Origin: Octopus vulgaris
Taxonomy: Eukaryota
Assembly: GCA_951406725.2 (NCBI GenBank)
Contig: OX597827.1
Location: 36,394,001 to 36,458,000 of the forward strand
Reading direction: 5' to 3'
DNA length: 64,000 nucleotides
Part shown: positions 1 to 11,959 of the stretch, one piece after another
How positions within the stretch are numbered: the stretch's first letter is position 1
How the letters are laid out: every line of letters begins with the position of its first letter
The notes under the pieces: model-generated
Told to the model about the DNA's origin: nothing
The model's input: the letters and a program-made list of their open reading frames with translations, nothing else
Databases searched by the model: none
Made by a program: the position numbers and the translations under genes

Positions 1-266
1 ATCATGTTCTCTACATAATCTTAGGTTTGGACTGGGGCGATGGAAAAGAAAATTGTGAAGGAGTAGAAGGTGGGAGGAGGGGGCATTAAGATGTTTACTT
101 TTTTTTCCTATTTTGTACTTGATTTTACATTTTCGTGTGTGTGTGTATATACACATATACATATGTATGCATGCATATATACAAACATAGAAAAGGAGAA
201 AGGTGGTCATGCTCAAAAGCATGTGAATAGTTATAACATTTATACATACACACATCCTTGAGACTC

Positions 267-298
<32 letters not shown>

Positions 299-422
299 GT
301 TGGTATATAATGTGATGAGCAGATATTCATAGTAACATCACTAGTTAATGCCCCCACCTGCCCTCTTTTCCCCACTTCCTTCTCCACCACTAATTTATCA
401 CTAATTTGCTCTTGTCTTGCAG

Positions 423-605
423 TATAATGAAGTGTACAACTTCCCAATGAAGGCATTTACCAAGGTGTTAGATGGAGAAGAGGTAGAAGAGGAGGAGGAG
501 GAGGATGAAGAAGAAGAAGAAGAGATAGACAGTGAAGAGGAAGGAAACCGAGGGCAGATTGCAGAGGAGGTGGAAGAAGAGATGGAGAAAGTGAAAGGCG
601 AGAAG
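423..605 (+). CDS. MAK16: MAK16 homolog, internal coding exon (gene begins upstream of the window)
   Basis: Acceptor ttgtcttgcag|TAT and donor AAG|gtaaaa; 183 nt, phase 0/0. Translates YNEVYNFPMKAFTKVLDGEEVEEEEEED..., resembling the MAK16 motif YGDIYNFP-x-x-AF-x-K-x-L followed by the acidic tract. Confidence 0.85.
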
Positions 606-697
606 GTAAAAATATTAAAATTTTTGTTGTTGTTGGTTTGCTGTTGCTCAGAGTGATGATTGTGATATAAATATTTGTGTAATAACTATTTTTTTAT

Positions 698-973
698 TCT
701 TTATTGTTTCAACCATTTGACTGCAGCCATGCTGGAGCACCGCCTTTAGTTGAACAAATCGACCCCAGGATTTATTCTTTGTAAGCGTAGTACTTACTCT
801 ATCAGTCTCTTTTGCCGAACCACTAAGTTACGGGGACGTAGACATGCCACCATCGGTTGTCAAGCCTGAGGCTATAGTAGAAGACACTTGTCCAAGGTGC
901 CATGCAGTGGGACTGAACCTGGAACTATGTGGCTGGTAAGCAAGCTACTTACCACACAGCCACTCCTGTGCCT
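698..973 (-). mobile_element. tRNA-derived octopus-type SINE (family A), internally deleted
   Basis: Colinear with the fuller copy at 16874-17299; the minus strand begins ggcacaggagtggctgtgtggtaag with A-box and B-box-like (ggttcagtccc) motifs. Confidence 0.8.
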
Positions 974-1045
974 ATATGCAAAAATATCGAAGTTTATGCA
1001 TATATACAAACATACTTTCTGTTTCTTTTGTGATGCTTATACATA

Positions 1046-1215
1046 TCAGCATCATCATCATTTAAATGTCCATTTTCCATACTGGCAAAGGTTGGATGAT
1101 TTGAAAGGAACTGACAAACCAGAGGACTATTTCAAGCTCCAATAGCTACTTTGGCATGGTTTCTATGGTTGGATGCCCTTGCTGGTGCCAACCACTTTAC
1201 AGTGTAGTGAGTACC
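1046..1215 (-). mobile_element. Dispersed retroposon 3' end with V-domain-like core and (ATG)n tail; further copies at ~1795-2020 and ~4290-4480
   Basis: Three local copies share catcatcat...catgctggcatgggttggatgg...ggatgcccttcctaatgccaacc. The minus-strand ggttggcattaggaagggcatcc resembles the V-SINE core. Confidence 0.55.
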
Positions 1216-2025
1216 TCACAAAACTCAGAGATGTAGTATTGAGAGAAAGGCTTCATACCAGTTGATGAAATTAAAGTATAATAGAGGAACAGGAAAGCTG
1301 GAAAAAATGAGAAAATGGTGGCTATGAGGTATCTGAGCACCCTTCAAGTTACAGGAAGGTGAATATAAGAGAAGTGGTACAAAGGATTTGATAAAGTGAG
1401 TGGGTTGGTAAGTTCTTGAGGGTGTGAAAGGAAAGGTAGATGGATTAAAATGAGGTGAATGCAGTGAATAGTAAAAATGGGTGGGGGCATGGTCAGAGGT
1501 AAACATGGTTGGTGGTGGTGGGGAATTGGAGTATATCAGGGAGATAACAAATAATGCGAAGTATGTGGAGGGTGTAAGAGAGATGCATGGTGCTAGAGAC
1601 GAGTGATACATAGTGGTGAGAATAGTGAGTGAGGAATAGAGGTAGTGGGGTGTTACTGGAAAAGGAGTGGTGAAAGGAGTATTCAGTAGGGATTTGCACC
1701 CCACATCAGCTTTAACTTAAGCTGATGTCGGGTGCAGAAATGTATGTCGCGATCCACTGTTAAAGCCTGTTAACTTCCATCCTTGTGTTTTATTCATCAG
1801 CATCATCATCATTTCATGCTGGAATGGGTTGGATGGTTTGACCAGGGCTGGCAAGCTGGAAGGCTGCATCAGACTCCAGTCTGATTTGGTATAGTTTCTA
1901 TAGCTGGATGCCCTTCGTAATGCCAATCATTCTGAGAGTGTAATGGGTTCTTTTATGTGCCACCAGTACAGGTGCCATTTGCATGACACCAGAATCAGCC
2001 ATGACTGCTATTTTACTTGGTTTAA

Positions 2026-3730
2026 CCCTTTCGATACTGACCCGGCTGAAAAATTTTTTGGTTCATAATACCAACCCGGCCGTAGCCTGCTGAGAGTACC
2101 CATTGTTATTTAAATGTGAATTTAAGCCCAAATCTCGTAAGTACATTTGTGAAAATACGTGATTTCATTTTGTAAATAGTTGGGTTATAGTATCCGAAAA
2201 TGAAAGCAGCGATTATGAAGAAAGAAAGCGGTGATAGCGACAGCAAAGACGATTTTACATCGGAATGAAGTAACAACTTTAAAAATGTTTTTATTAGCAA
2301 TTTTTCTGAGGAGATAGAGTTTATTTATAGTCTTTCTTAGGAAGCAAGACCATCAGACTTTTATTTTTTTCAGTATGCTTGTTTGAAGAGATTACTGTGG
2401 AAACAAACACAAAATGGGGGATCAAAGTTTGGAAAATTTGTGAAGCAAATACTAGGTATGGCTGTGGATTTAGTTTTTATACAGGGAAAATAATGTTAGT
2501 CAGCATGGCCTAGGGTATGGTGTGGTCTGGAATTTATTGTTTGAAGCGATCACTGCGGAAACAAACTTACACAGAATGTAAACAAACACAAAATGGGGGA
2601 TCAAAATTTGGAAAATTTGTGAAGCAAATACTAGGTATGGCTGCGGATTTAGTTTTTATACTGGGAAAATAATGTTAGTCAGCATGGCCTAGGGTACGGT
2701 GTGGTCTGGAATTTATTGTTTGAAGCGATCACTGCAGAAACAAACTTACGCAGAATGTAAACAAACACAAAATGGGGGATCAAAATTTGGAAAATTTGTG
2801 AAGCAAATACTAGGTATGGCTGTGGATTTAGTTTTTATACAGGGAAAATAATGTTAGTCAGCATGGCCTAGGGTATGGTGTGGTCTGGAATTTATTGTTT
2901 GAAGCGATCACTGCGGAAACAAACTTACACAGAATGTAAACAAACACAAAATGGGGGATCAAAATTTGGAAAATTTGTGAAGCAAATACTAGGTATGGCT
3001 GCGGATTTAGTTTTTATACTGGGAAAATAATGTTAGTCAGCATGGCCTAGGGTACGGTGGTCTGGAATTTATTGTTTGAAGCGATCACTGCAGAAACAAA
3101 CTTACGCAGAATGTAAACAAACACAAAATGGGGATCAAAATTTGGAAAATTTGTGAAGCAAATACTAGGTATGGCTGCGGATTTAGTTTTTATACTGGGA
3201 AAATAATGTTAGTCAGCATGGCCTAGGGTACGGTGTGGTCTGGAATTTATCACTTCCCTACCATAACCAGGGCCGTATAATATTTTTTGACCGATTTCTT
3301 TAGTTCGGTCAAACTTGCGGTGGATTTAGGTGGATTCCAGTATTTCAGTTTATATCACCTTTATGGTACACCTGTTCTGTTGTGCATTACATTCAACTGA
3401 TGATCTAGTGATGTGCACAATTCTTCTATATCAAAATTTTGTTGCATACCCAATTGAATATTAGCTGCTGATTCATTTTCTATGGTGATGTTTAAACAAA
3501 ATTTTTATATTTTTACCTTTGCTCAGTTTACCTGGATTTACCTGTAATTAAAGTCACTTTGAGACAAAAGAACCCTTTCTTTAATTATGTTCCAAATATC
3601 ATATTAATATGTTGATAAGTAAAAAAGTTACAGTTATTTAATAAAACTAGTCTAAATTCATGATTATTATAGAATTTAATTGAAACTCATGAGGGGGTGT
3701 GTTTTGGTCAGAAATATAGTAACAAAAGGG
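2026..3730 (+). mobile_element. Non-autonomous piggyBac deletion derivative with TTAA target-site duplication
   Basis: TTAA|CCCTTTCGATACT ... AGTAACAAAAGGG|TTAA. The interior encodes decayed piggyBac motifs (TKWGIKVWKICEANT, HGLGYGVVWNL, IFFDRF). The flanks rejoin into a continuous host repeat. Confidence 0.9.
2380..3250 (+). repeat. Tandem array, 179-bp unit x ~5, made of piggyBac transposase sequence
   Basis: Unit anchor tgtttgaagcgatcactgc at 2538, 2717, 2896 and 3073, plus a shorter first unit at about 2380. Confidence 0.95.
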
Positions 3731-4012
3731 TTAATGGGTTTTCTTCTCAAACATGACATAGTGCCAAAGGTCTTGGTCATTTGTCATTGCCTCCATGAGG
3801 TCCAACACTCAAAAGGTGCTTTTCACATGCGACTGGCATCATCCACTTTGACCTTCACGAGGCCCAATGCTCGAAAGGTGCTTTTTTATGTGCCAGTTAC
3901 GTGACACCAGCATTGGCCACAACTATGATTTCACTTGGCTTGACAGGTCTTCTCAAGCAACATTCAAACGGTATATTTCACATGCCACCAGCACAATTGA
4001 TTAGGAATAGAA

Positions 4013-4165
4013 TTAAACCAGATGTGATGCAGTTTGGTTTTGTACCTGGGAAGAGTGCCACAGATGCCATGTGAGATTACTGTAGAAGTATTTGGCCAAA
4101 AGTAAACCATTGTACTTGGCTTTTATTGATCTGGAGAAAGCTTTCGATAAAGTTTCTCACTCTGT
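4013..4165 (+). mobile_element. Decayed LINE (RTE-like) reverse transcriptase fragment
   Basis: Translates to QFGFVPGKSATDA ... AFIDLEKAFDKV with disruptions. Confidence 0.65.
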
Positions 4166-5108
4166 TATCTGTTTATTATATTGAAATGGCTGTAGAAGAG
4201 AGAAAAAAAAAAGAGGAAATTTTGAAATATCAAAGATATCATTTGTTTTCTATCTCTGATCATCCAGCCATCCATCTCATTATCACATGTCATCATCATT
4301 TAATATCTGTTTTTCAGACTGGCATGGGTTGGATGGTTTGGCAGGAGCTGGCACACCAGAGGGTTGCAGCAAATTCCAATGTCAGCTTTGGCAAGAGTTC
4401 TGTGGCTAGGTGCCCTTCCTAATGCCAACCACTGTACAGAGTGTACTGGGTGCTTTTCATATGCCACCAGTACTAGTGAGGTTACCAAATAACTCAGAAA
4501 CCAAGGCCGTCTCAACTGAGGAGGGAGTAGTATTAAGGGAGTTAGGGATAACCGAAATGCAGTTATTGCTGAACATGGTGGAAGCACAGTCACTCATGAA
4601 TAGTAGTTGGAAGGGAAAGTGGAGGAAGTAGGTGTGGGTCAGGGAGGTAATAGTGGCAGCAAACATATGAAGTTTGTGGAGGGTGGGATGCGCAGTGCTC
4701 AGGACAAGGTATACATAAAGGTGGAAATTGTGGAAACAGAAGTAATGGGGTCAGGGTTGCCATTGGTAACATGGTGGGTGTACAAGGGAAAGGGGAGATG
4801 GAAGGGCTGTTCATCTTTAGAATATAAGAGAAAAGGCTGTGGTTCCAGGATGGTTGAATGGTGGGGGTGATGAAATACATGCAGTTCTACTCTCATAGTT
4901 ATAGCAGTTAAGTTAATAGTGCTCTACCTAATAGTGGTGGAGGGGGACAGATTTGGTGCAGGGGCATTGACATAAGCGATATGATTTTAAGGCCTCACAT
5001 TTGCTTAGTTGAACCAGTTTTCTGCAATTGCCAATCATCTTGGTCCTTTGTCATCTCCTCAGTAAAGCTCAATCTCTGAAGGTCATCATTTTGTTAATAT
5101 ATATATAT

Positions 5109-5146
<38 letters not shown>

Positions 5147-5999
5147 CATGTGTGTTATAACTTTAACATTTTTAATTTTTCTCCTTTGAATTGTAGTGTC
5201 TTCACAAAAGCTTTATTCTCAATCAAATACACACACAATAACACACATGCATGTGTGCACCCATAAACACACACATACATGCACATGCACACTAATATAT
5301 GCATCCATATTCTCACACATACAAGTACTGATACATGCAGACACACAAATATCAATTGTCGAAATGTTGAAAGTAAATGGAAACATGTCACTTAAGTCAG
5401 TAACTGCCTTAATATGAATGAAATAAGTTATGAATAATCCTTATCATCATCATTGAAATGTATATTTCATTCTCTGTCACAACTTCTACCATACACCATG
5501 CATTGTTACCACTGCTACACACTTCCCAAAGCTATTACAACCTTCACTACACCTCACTCATCACCATCACTTCTCTCTGAAAGAGGAAGCTGTATTGTGT
5601 GGACTTGTAAAATATTAATGTCAACAAATTTTGAGATGTCTACTTATAATTCCCATACCAGGAAAGTCTTCTTTTGTACAGATCACATCTGATTTCTTTT
5701 ATATCTGTTTTTATTTTTTCTCTCTTTTCATTTGTGATCCATCATTCACTAATATTACTCATCCACCAGAGCATCGTCACATCATTTTTTTTTCTACATT
5801 CAAGGCCTGTTTAGTACTTGTTGGGATCTTTATAAGAAGAGCAAAGCCCTTTGTTACCATCAAAGGTTAAGCTCCCTGAATTTTTCCACTCTGTTCTTAC
5901 TCTGGTTACTATGCTTTCCTGAGGTAAAACTATCAACAACTTCTAGTTATTCTTTTGAACATTTGAGGAAGATTATACACAATTCATGTGTATAATCTT

Positions 6000-6420
6000 C
6001 TTGAAGAAACTGGCAAACAGGATCAACAGCTTTGATAGCAGAGCCCTGAGAACCATCAAATGATACCATCGCATTTCCAATAAAGAACTGTGAGCATGCA
6101 CGGATCAGCCTGCAGCCTCCCACATCATAGTTATCTGTTGCATATGCTAGCATGGACATTTCCTCCATCTCCTACTGAATCATCCTATCATGGCTCATTA
6201 AATGCAGCAGCTGCAGTCTGGAAAAGGCCATGTAGCAGGCCCCACACCAGATAGCTCGATGTGATTGGGGAAGATCTTCAAAGGCTTGATGTCACCTTGA
6301 AGGATGCAGAGTGGCTGGCATAGGACCACCAGCAATGGACCTGCTCTGCTCTATGTATGATGGCATCTCTGGGGTCACTAATGTGGGATCACCCTGGGCC
6401 CATCAAATGAGCATGAAGCA
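6000..6420 (+). mobile_element. Decayed RTE-like LINE 3' fragment
   Basis: RINSFDSRALRTI...ISNKEL...TDQP...HGH and RP-x-x-RP-x-TR*LDVI-x-EDL...LA*D-x-x-QW motifs typical of the RTE ORF end. Confidence 0.6.
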
Positions 6421-6721
6421 AGAAAGTATCTTTGCTTGTATAGCAGTTAACAACGATTAACTATGCAAGTGACTTAGATATTTCAAGTATCTCAGTATCT
6501 GTATCTGTAGTCCAGCTGCCTTTGTACTCTTAATTGCTCTATCTCACATATAGATAGAATTGCTGGTCCTCCTTTGGATCTCCTTTGAGTGGACTCTCCT
6601 ATGCAGACTTCTCATTCTGTAACATCACATGCAGAACACATGCCAAGTCTGTATCTAAGCTTTTAGAACTTTATCTGCATAATGTTGCCTTCCATCTGCC
6701 TGGAGCCTTATTCTTTTTCTT

Positions 6722-6928
6722 TTCTTCTTCTACTCTGGGTACAAGACCCACAATTTTTGGGGAGAGGGCCAGTTGACCCCAGTGTGCAACTGGTACTTAA
6801 TTTATTGACCCTGAAAGGATGAAAGGCAATGTTGACCTTGGCAGAATTTGAACTCAGAATGTAAAGACAGGCGAAATACCACTAAGTATTTTGCTCAGCA
6901 TGCTAACATTTCTGCCATCTTACCACCT
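6722..6928 (-). mobile_element. tRNA-derived SINE (family B, Deu/Nin-domain-like core)
   Basis: Reverse complement of the copy at 7372-7601, including the core gcctttcatcctttc-ggggtc-ataaattaagtaccag. Confidence 0.75.
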
Positions 6929-7189
6929 TCTCTTGGAGCCTTACTCTAGCAAGAGGTCTGGTCTGAAGCCTTCGCCTGATATCCTATAGATTTATAGCAT
7001 AGACAACGACCAGTTGTCTGTTACAAGTCCTTATCTTATCCCCTGTAATATGCATCAACTAGAACTTCTCTGAACATACAATTAAGGTCTCCTTCAGCTT
7101 CTATATATTACTTGTCCATATTGTCATATACTAAGCTCAATAACTAATAAATTTTACTATAATTTTATATATTCTATCTACATACTTAG

Positions 7190-7258
7190 AGTACATCAAG
7201 TTATGTGGAATATGTTCCTTACGATGAATTTGAAGAAAGTGATATTGAAGATCTTGAG
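7190..7258 (+). CDS. MAK16: MAK16 homolog, penultimate coding exon (69 nt)
   Basis: Acceptor catacttag|AGT and donor GAG|gtgagt; phase 0/0. Encodes STSSYVEYVPYDEFEESDIEDLE, matching the MAK16 EFV...ESD-x-SD-x-E segment. Too short for the ORF track. Confidence 0.8.
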
Positions 7259-7319
7259 GTGAGTATTACACTGTTCTGATGTGTTGGCATGTTTATATAT
7301 ATATATGTGTGTGTGTGTA

Positions 7320-7355
<36 letters not shown>

Positions 7356-7371
7356 ATATGCATATGATACA

Positions 7372-7601
7372 GCGGCGAGCTGGCAGAAACATTAGCACGC
7401 CGGGCGAAATGCTCAGTGGTATTTCGGCTGCTGTTATGTTCTGAGTTCATTTTTCGCTGTGGTTGACTTAGCCTTTCGTCCTTTCGGGGTCGATTAAATA
7501 AGTACCAGTTACGCGCTGGGGTCGATGTAATCGACTTAATCCCTTTGTCTGTCCCTGTTTGTCCCTCTATGTTTAGCTCCCTGTGGGCAATAAAGAAATA
7601 A
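7372..7601 (+). mobile_element. tRNA-derived SINE (family B), full length
   Basis: Head ggcgagctggcagaaac-ttagcacgccggg, core gcctttcgtcctttcggggtcgattaaataagtaccag, ends ...ccctgtgggcaataaagaaataa. Another copy at 21136-21335. Confidence 0.8.
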
Positions 7602-8594
7602 ATATATGCATATGTGTGTATGTACATAGATATGTAGAAAGAATAGAAAAAAAAAAAGTGGGACTGGAGATAGAAATTGGTAAAGAACCGATTACGTTAG
7701 CGAGGTAGATAGGGGTGTGATTTCATTTCATTATCAGCATACTTAAATTATTGTAGTAGTTGCAGTAAATTATTATCACATTAGTGTATCTGTCACAGCA
7801 GATATACTTTTTTCCAATTTTTAGCAATCTTGCAATTTTCATGAAATTAATTTTTTTTATGCCAACTATATCAACAGTATCCTTTTAAGAGCTTTTTACT
7901 TTTTAGAATGATATGGGGGTATGGTAGGGCAAGGGACAGCATTAAGATAACTAACAAAATGAGGTAGTAAAGTCAACAAGAAGGATTTATTAGACAAATA
8001 TGTGTCTTATATTATCCACATTTTACTAAAAGAAAAAAAAAAAAACAAATCTGGAAAAATTTACTTGACAATAAGAACTATGATGCAGAAAATTCAAATG
8101 TTTGTAATTCATATTTAGTCTTCAGACTTTGATTTAATACAGTTCACTCACGCTACTTCTTTTAAAGGTCCTTCTTCCACATATCTTGTGGAATGTCCTC
8201 TTATTCTACACTTTTTCCACTCTGGTAGAGACTGTTTCCACTACTGATTCACTTCTTAATCACAGATCAACCATTTAAAGTATCTCTCAAACTCTCAATC
8301 TGGTATATCTTTCTCCTTAAATGTCTTGAATCTTCTGAACAATTTGTTATCTACTTCCAAACCTGATTCATCACACTGATGAAGTCTATTGCTCTCATTA
8401 ACCTAGTAATTTGTGCATGGTCAGTGTAATGCTGACCTAGTTTAGGTTTGTTCAAAGAAATAGATAAAACCAGTGTAAATGCTTTGGTAATGCTAACATT
8501 GATCTGATCTTTGTTATTAAGGGTTCTCAGAATACTGGCTAACTGAGTGCCAAAAAATTTGAATATACTCTGAGCAGCTTATTTCATTCTTTAA

Positions 8595-8813
8595 CCCTTT
8601 AGCATTCAGATTACTGTCAAAAGTAATGCTTATGTATTCAAATTATTTTGAATTAATCTTGCATTATCTTGTAGCTTTGCAATTTTGATGAGGTAACTGT
8701 TAACTTTGCGAAATAATAATTGTGGATTGGTGCGGGAGGCCGGATCTGGCCAGTTTGACCATAAAACAGGAAGAATACTTTGGCTGGATATGGCTGGTTT
8801 AAATGCTAAAGGG
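8595..8813. mobile_element. piggyBac MITE (219 bp)
   Basis: TTAA|CCCTTTAGCATT ... AATGCTAAAGGG|TTAA: perfect 12-bp TIR and TTAA duplication. Confidence 0.92.
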
Positions 8814-9100
8814 TTAAACTTAATTTAATATGTACAAAACTACAGCATAATGAGCTCACAATATACTGGACTGATACTTCTAATGATCTTTTCAACATTA
8901 TCATAGCAATATTTTTGACCAAGATATGATAAAAAAACAAAGATTATATTAGTCTGATAATTAAGATGTTGATCAATTTCTTATATTCTGTACATGAGTG
9001 TGTTTGGAAACCATCAATGAGAAATCAGCTCAATTTTTGCCTTAGAATTATAAAGAATGATATTGAATCATCATCATCATCTAGTACAAATAAAATTTAA

Positions 9101-11699
9101 CCCTTTAGTGTTCAGATTAATTTGTCAAATGTAATGCTTATCTGTTCACATTAATTTTGATTTATTCAGGTTCAAGTGGGGTGTCCACAATATTTACTTG
9201 TAACTTTGTTAATTTTCTACATACAGCTTTGAAACTTTGTAAATGGGTACTTATATGCCAGTGGTTTATAATTACGTAATTTTAGCTGATCTTTCTGACT
9301 AAATTTGACTTTTATGGGCAGGTAAATTTAATTAACAGGTGTAAAAACAATAACATTATGAATAAACACTAAAATTCATATTCTTAATACATCTTACCTG
9401 TTTGGTTTGCTGCTAAAATTATCCCAGATGCCAACGGCCAACAATTTTACATTTTTCAAGATGAGGTACATTAATTTGAATTAATTAAAATACAGGTGTA
9501 ATCGGTACAAGATTTTACTCTTTTTCTCTATTTCGTTCAAATGTCATCATTGAAAAGAAAGTACAAAACTCTTTTACTAGTCAATATACCATTGGCTATG
9601 CACTCTTATACAATTTAATGAATTTATTCACGTAACAGGATGCATCTAATAAAAAAAATCTCATTAACAGGTGAGACAAAGGTGAATACAGGTGTGTAAC
9701 ATACTGAAAATTAATATGTAGTTCTCACTTTCACATATTATATTATAAAATTAAAAGGAATATGCAAAATTATACATTTATGGCATATTTATGTCGTGAA
9801 ATTGTCCAAAGCACCCTTTTACACAAGGGCACTTGGCAAAATGAACACATGTATGAAGTCTCGACCTGGTACCCTTTCGCAGTTTTTCTTTTTTGCTGCG
9901 AACACAGTCTGCAAACTTTTTTCCTTCCATTTATTTTTTCCACTTGATGAAAGTCAATATTTTCTCTGTTGACATCCACCTCAGTTAATTTTGCTTTTCT
10001 CCCAGTTCTGTGCTTTCTAGAAGAAAAGCCCTCACGTAACTGAGATGAGATGGCAACCCGAAATTTCAAGTGGTCGTAGTCTTTCGGTGGCGGAGGTACT
10101 TTGTGGCTTTTTACGTATACAATGTGTGCATTTACTATTGTTAAATTAACTAAAAACCACAAAATGTACCTCCACCATTTCTTCCCAGGTCGACCAACTG
10201 GGTAATATGCCCGATATTGGTCGGATTTGTCTACCCCACCCATATATTTGTTGTAACAAATATTCACGAGGGGTTTCCCCTCAGCCCCAACACCAGGTTG
10301 TTCGTTAGAAGACAGAAATAAAATCTGTCTTTTGTCTTTAAATGCAGTAACTAATAAATTTTATTTTTGCATCTGCAAAATGTCCCCTCTTTTTTTCAAT
10401 TTATTTTTTGTTTCATGGGGTAAACCTTTACGGTTTCCCATAACAGTGCTTACACGGGCAAGATTTTTAGCCAAAGCCACTGAAGAAAAAAAACGATCGA
10501 AATAGAGGTGTCGGTGCTGATGGTGAAAAGGTTGTGTAAGGGACCATACAACATCATGTCCCAATCCATGCGGTCTTTTCCCATTATACTTCTTACCTGT
10601 GTAAACATCGAAGTTTACACAGTATCCTGTCTCCAATTCACAAACTTCCCATACCTTGATCCCCCTTTTAGTAGGTTTGGGAGGCATGTACTGCCGAAAA
10701 TGTACTCTGCTCTTAAATCCTATTATGGCTTCATCTACACTGAGATTTTTCCCAGGTAAATAAACAGTTTTATAATTATTTACAAGTAAATCTATCATGG
10801 GACGTACTTTGTACAGGGGATCGTAGTTTGGGTTGTTTTTGTTGGGGGCATTGGCAGAATCAGTTAAATGCAAATACTGAGATATTTTCGAATACCTTTG
10901 CTTCGACATGATGCTCGAAATATATGGGTCGCCATACCTTACATCGGGACTCCAATAGTTCCACAGTCGAGGAAGCTGTTTAACTCCAAACATAATGTTA
11001 ATTGTAAAAAATGCTCTCATTTCCACAGTATTAGTTGTGCTGCCATAGTGGATCGTTTCTTCCTCGAACAGAAATTAAATGTTGCGCATATTTGTTCGTT
11101 TGCTCCGCAACATTTTCAAAAAAACTTTCAGGCAAAAATAAAAACAGATAGTCCAGTGGTTGAGCATCAGGAGGTAAATTGTGTTGTGGACCAGTGTTTT
11201 CTGTAAAATCAGAAATTGTGACTGGTGTCGTAATTTTTGACCATGTTGCCTTGCTTACACTATCGTTTTCATCACTTTCATTTTCTTCACTTTCGTTATC
11301 AAAATCTTCTTCGTCCGACGAGTAATCACTGATATCAATATCAGATTCATCCGAAGTCAAAATACTTTTGTTTTCGTTGATATCTTCAATATCATCAATA
11401 GTAAAGCCTTCAAAGTCGGAATCGCTACTTGCTGATGCCATTTCTTTCACAACAAACGTATACAGTTCTCTTCAAATGTGGAAATAACCATGTGGTCTAA
11501 ACAATTTCACAGTATTTATACTTGAATAAAGGCGGGAAAGGCTTCATCTCGCATTATCTCAAAGCTACGAGAATTTAATAACGTGATTTGTTAATTTTTT
11601 CATCGATTTCGTAGAGTGATTGTTTACGGCCAGATTTGGCTGGTTTGAACATATAAAGGGGAATTAATTCTGGCCGGTTACGGCCGGTTTGAACACTAA
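9101..11699 (-). mobile_element. piggyBac transposon, near full length, right TIR truncated
   Basis: Left end TTAA|CCCTTTAGTGTTC. Right end GAACACTAA (11691-11699) lacks the final AGGG and TTAA. Contains the transposase pseudogene. Confidence 0.9.
9770..11441 (-). pseudogene. piggyBac (PGBD4-like) transposase, disrupted by a frameshift near 11030, a stop at 10361 and small deletions
   Basis: ORF pieces 11031-11450, 10361-11026 and 9770-10267 show an acidic N-terminus, DPLYKVRP, SVDEA, LYFDRFF, YNKYMGGVDKSDQ, KKWWRY and a C-terminal Cys-rich domain (CRLC...CSFC...LC). Confidence 0.92.
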
Positions 11700-11959
11700 T
11701 TTATTTCAGAAGTCCCGTTCTGCAAAACTTACAATAAACTTTACATTTCAACATTCTGTTAGCAGTTTAATGGTACCATTTGAGTATTCTTTTTGTAAAA
11801 ATAGCTACAAATGACTTCAACCATCCTATCATGACATTCTTCTTTCAAAATTACCGAAGAGATACATTGAATTTCTTTTGCTTACAAAGATTAATATATA
11901 TACACCAGAGTTTGTAATGTTCTTCCTTCTTGTATGGGCAGGCCTGTTTTATTACATTA

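Noticed and set aside
417-656. Stand-alone 79-aa acidic ORF
   Set aside because: The TTG start lies in the intron and the tail runs past a splice donor; it is a MAK16 exon.
2380-3250. Regularly spaced repeat as a CRISPR array
   Set aside because: Whole units are duplicated with no unique spacers, the sequence is transposase-derived, and the context is eukaryotic with no cas genes.
9770-11441. Domesticated PGBD gene nested in MAK16
   Set aside because: Frameshift, internal stop and deletions, with TIR remnants retained.
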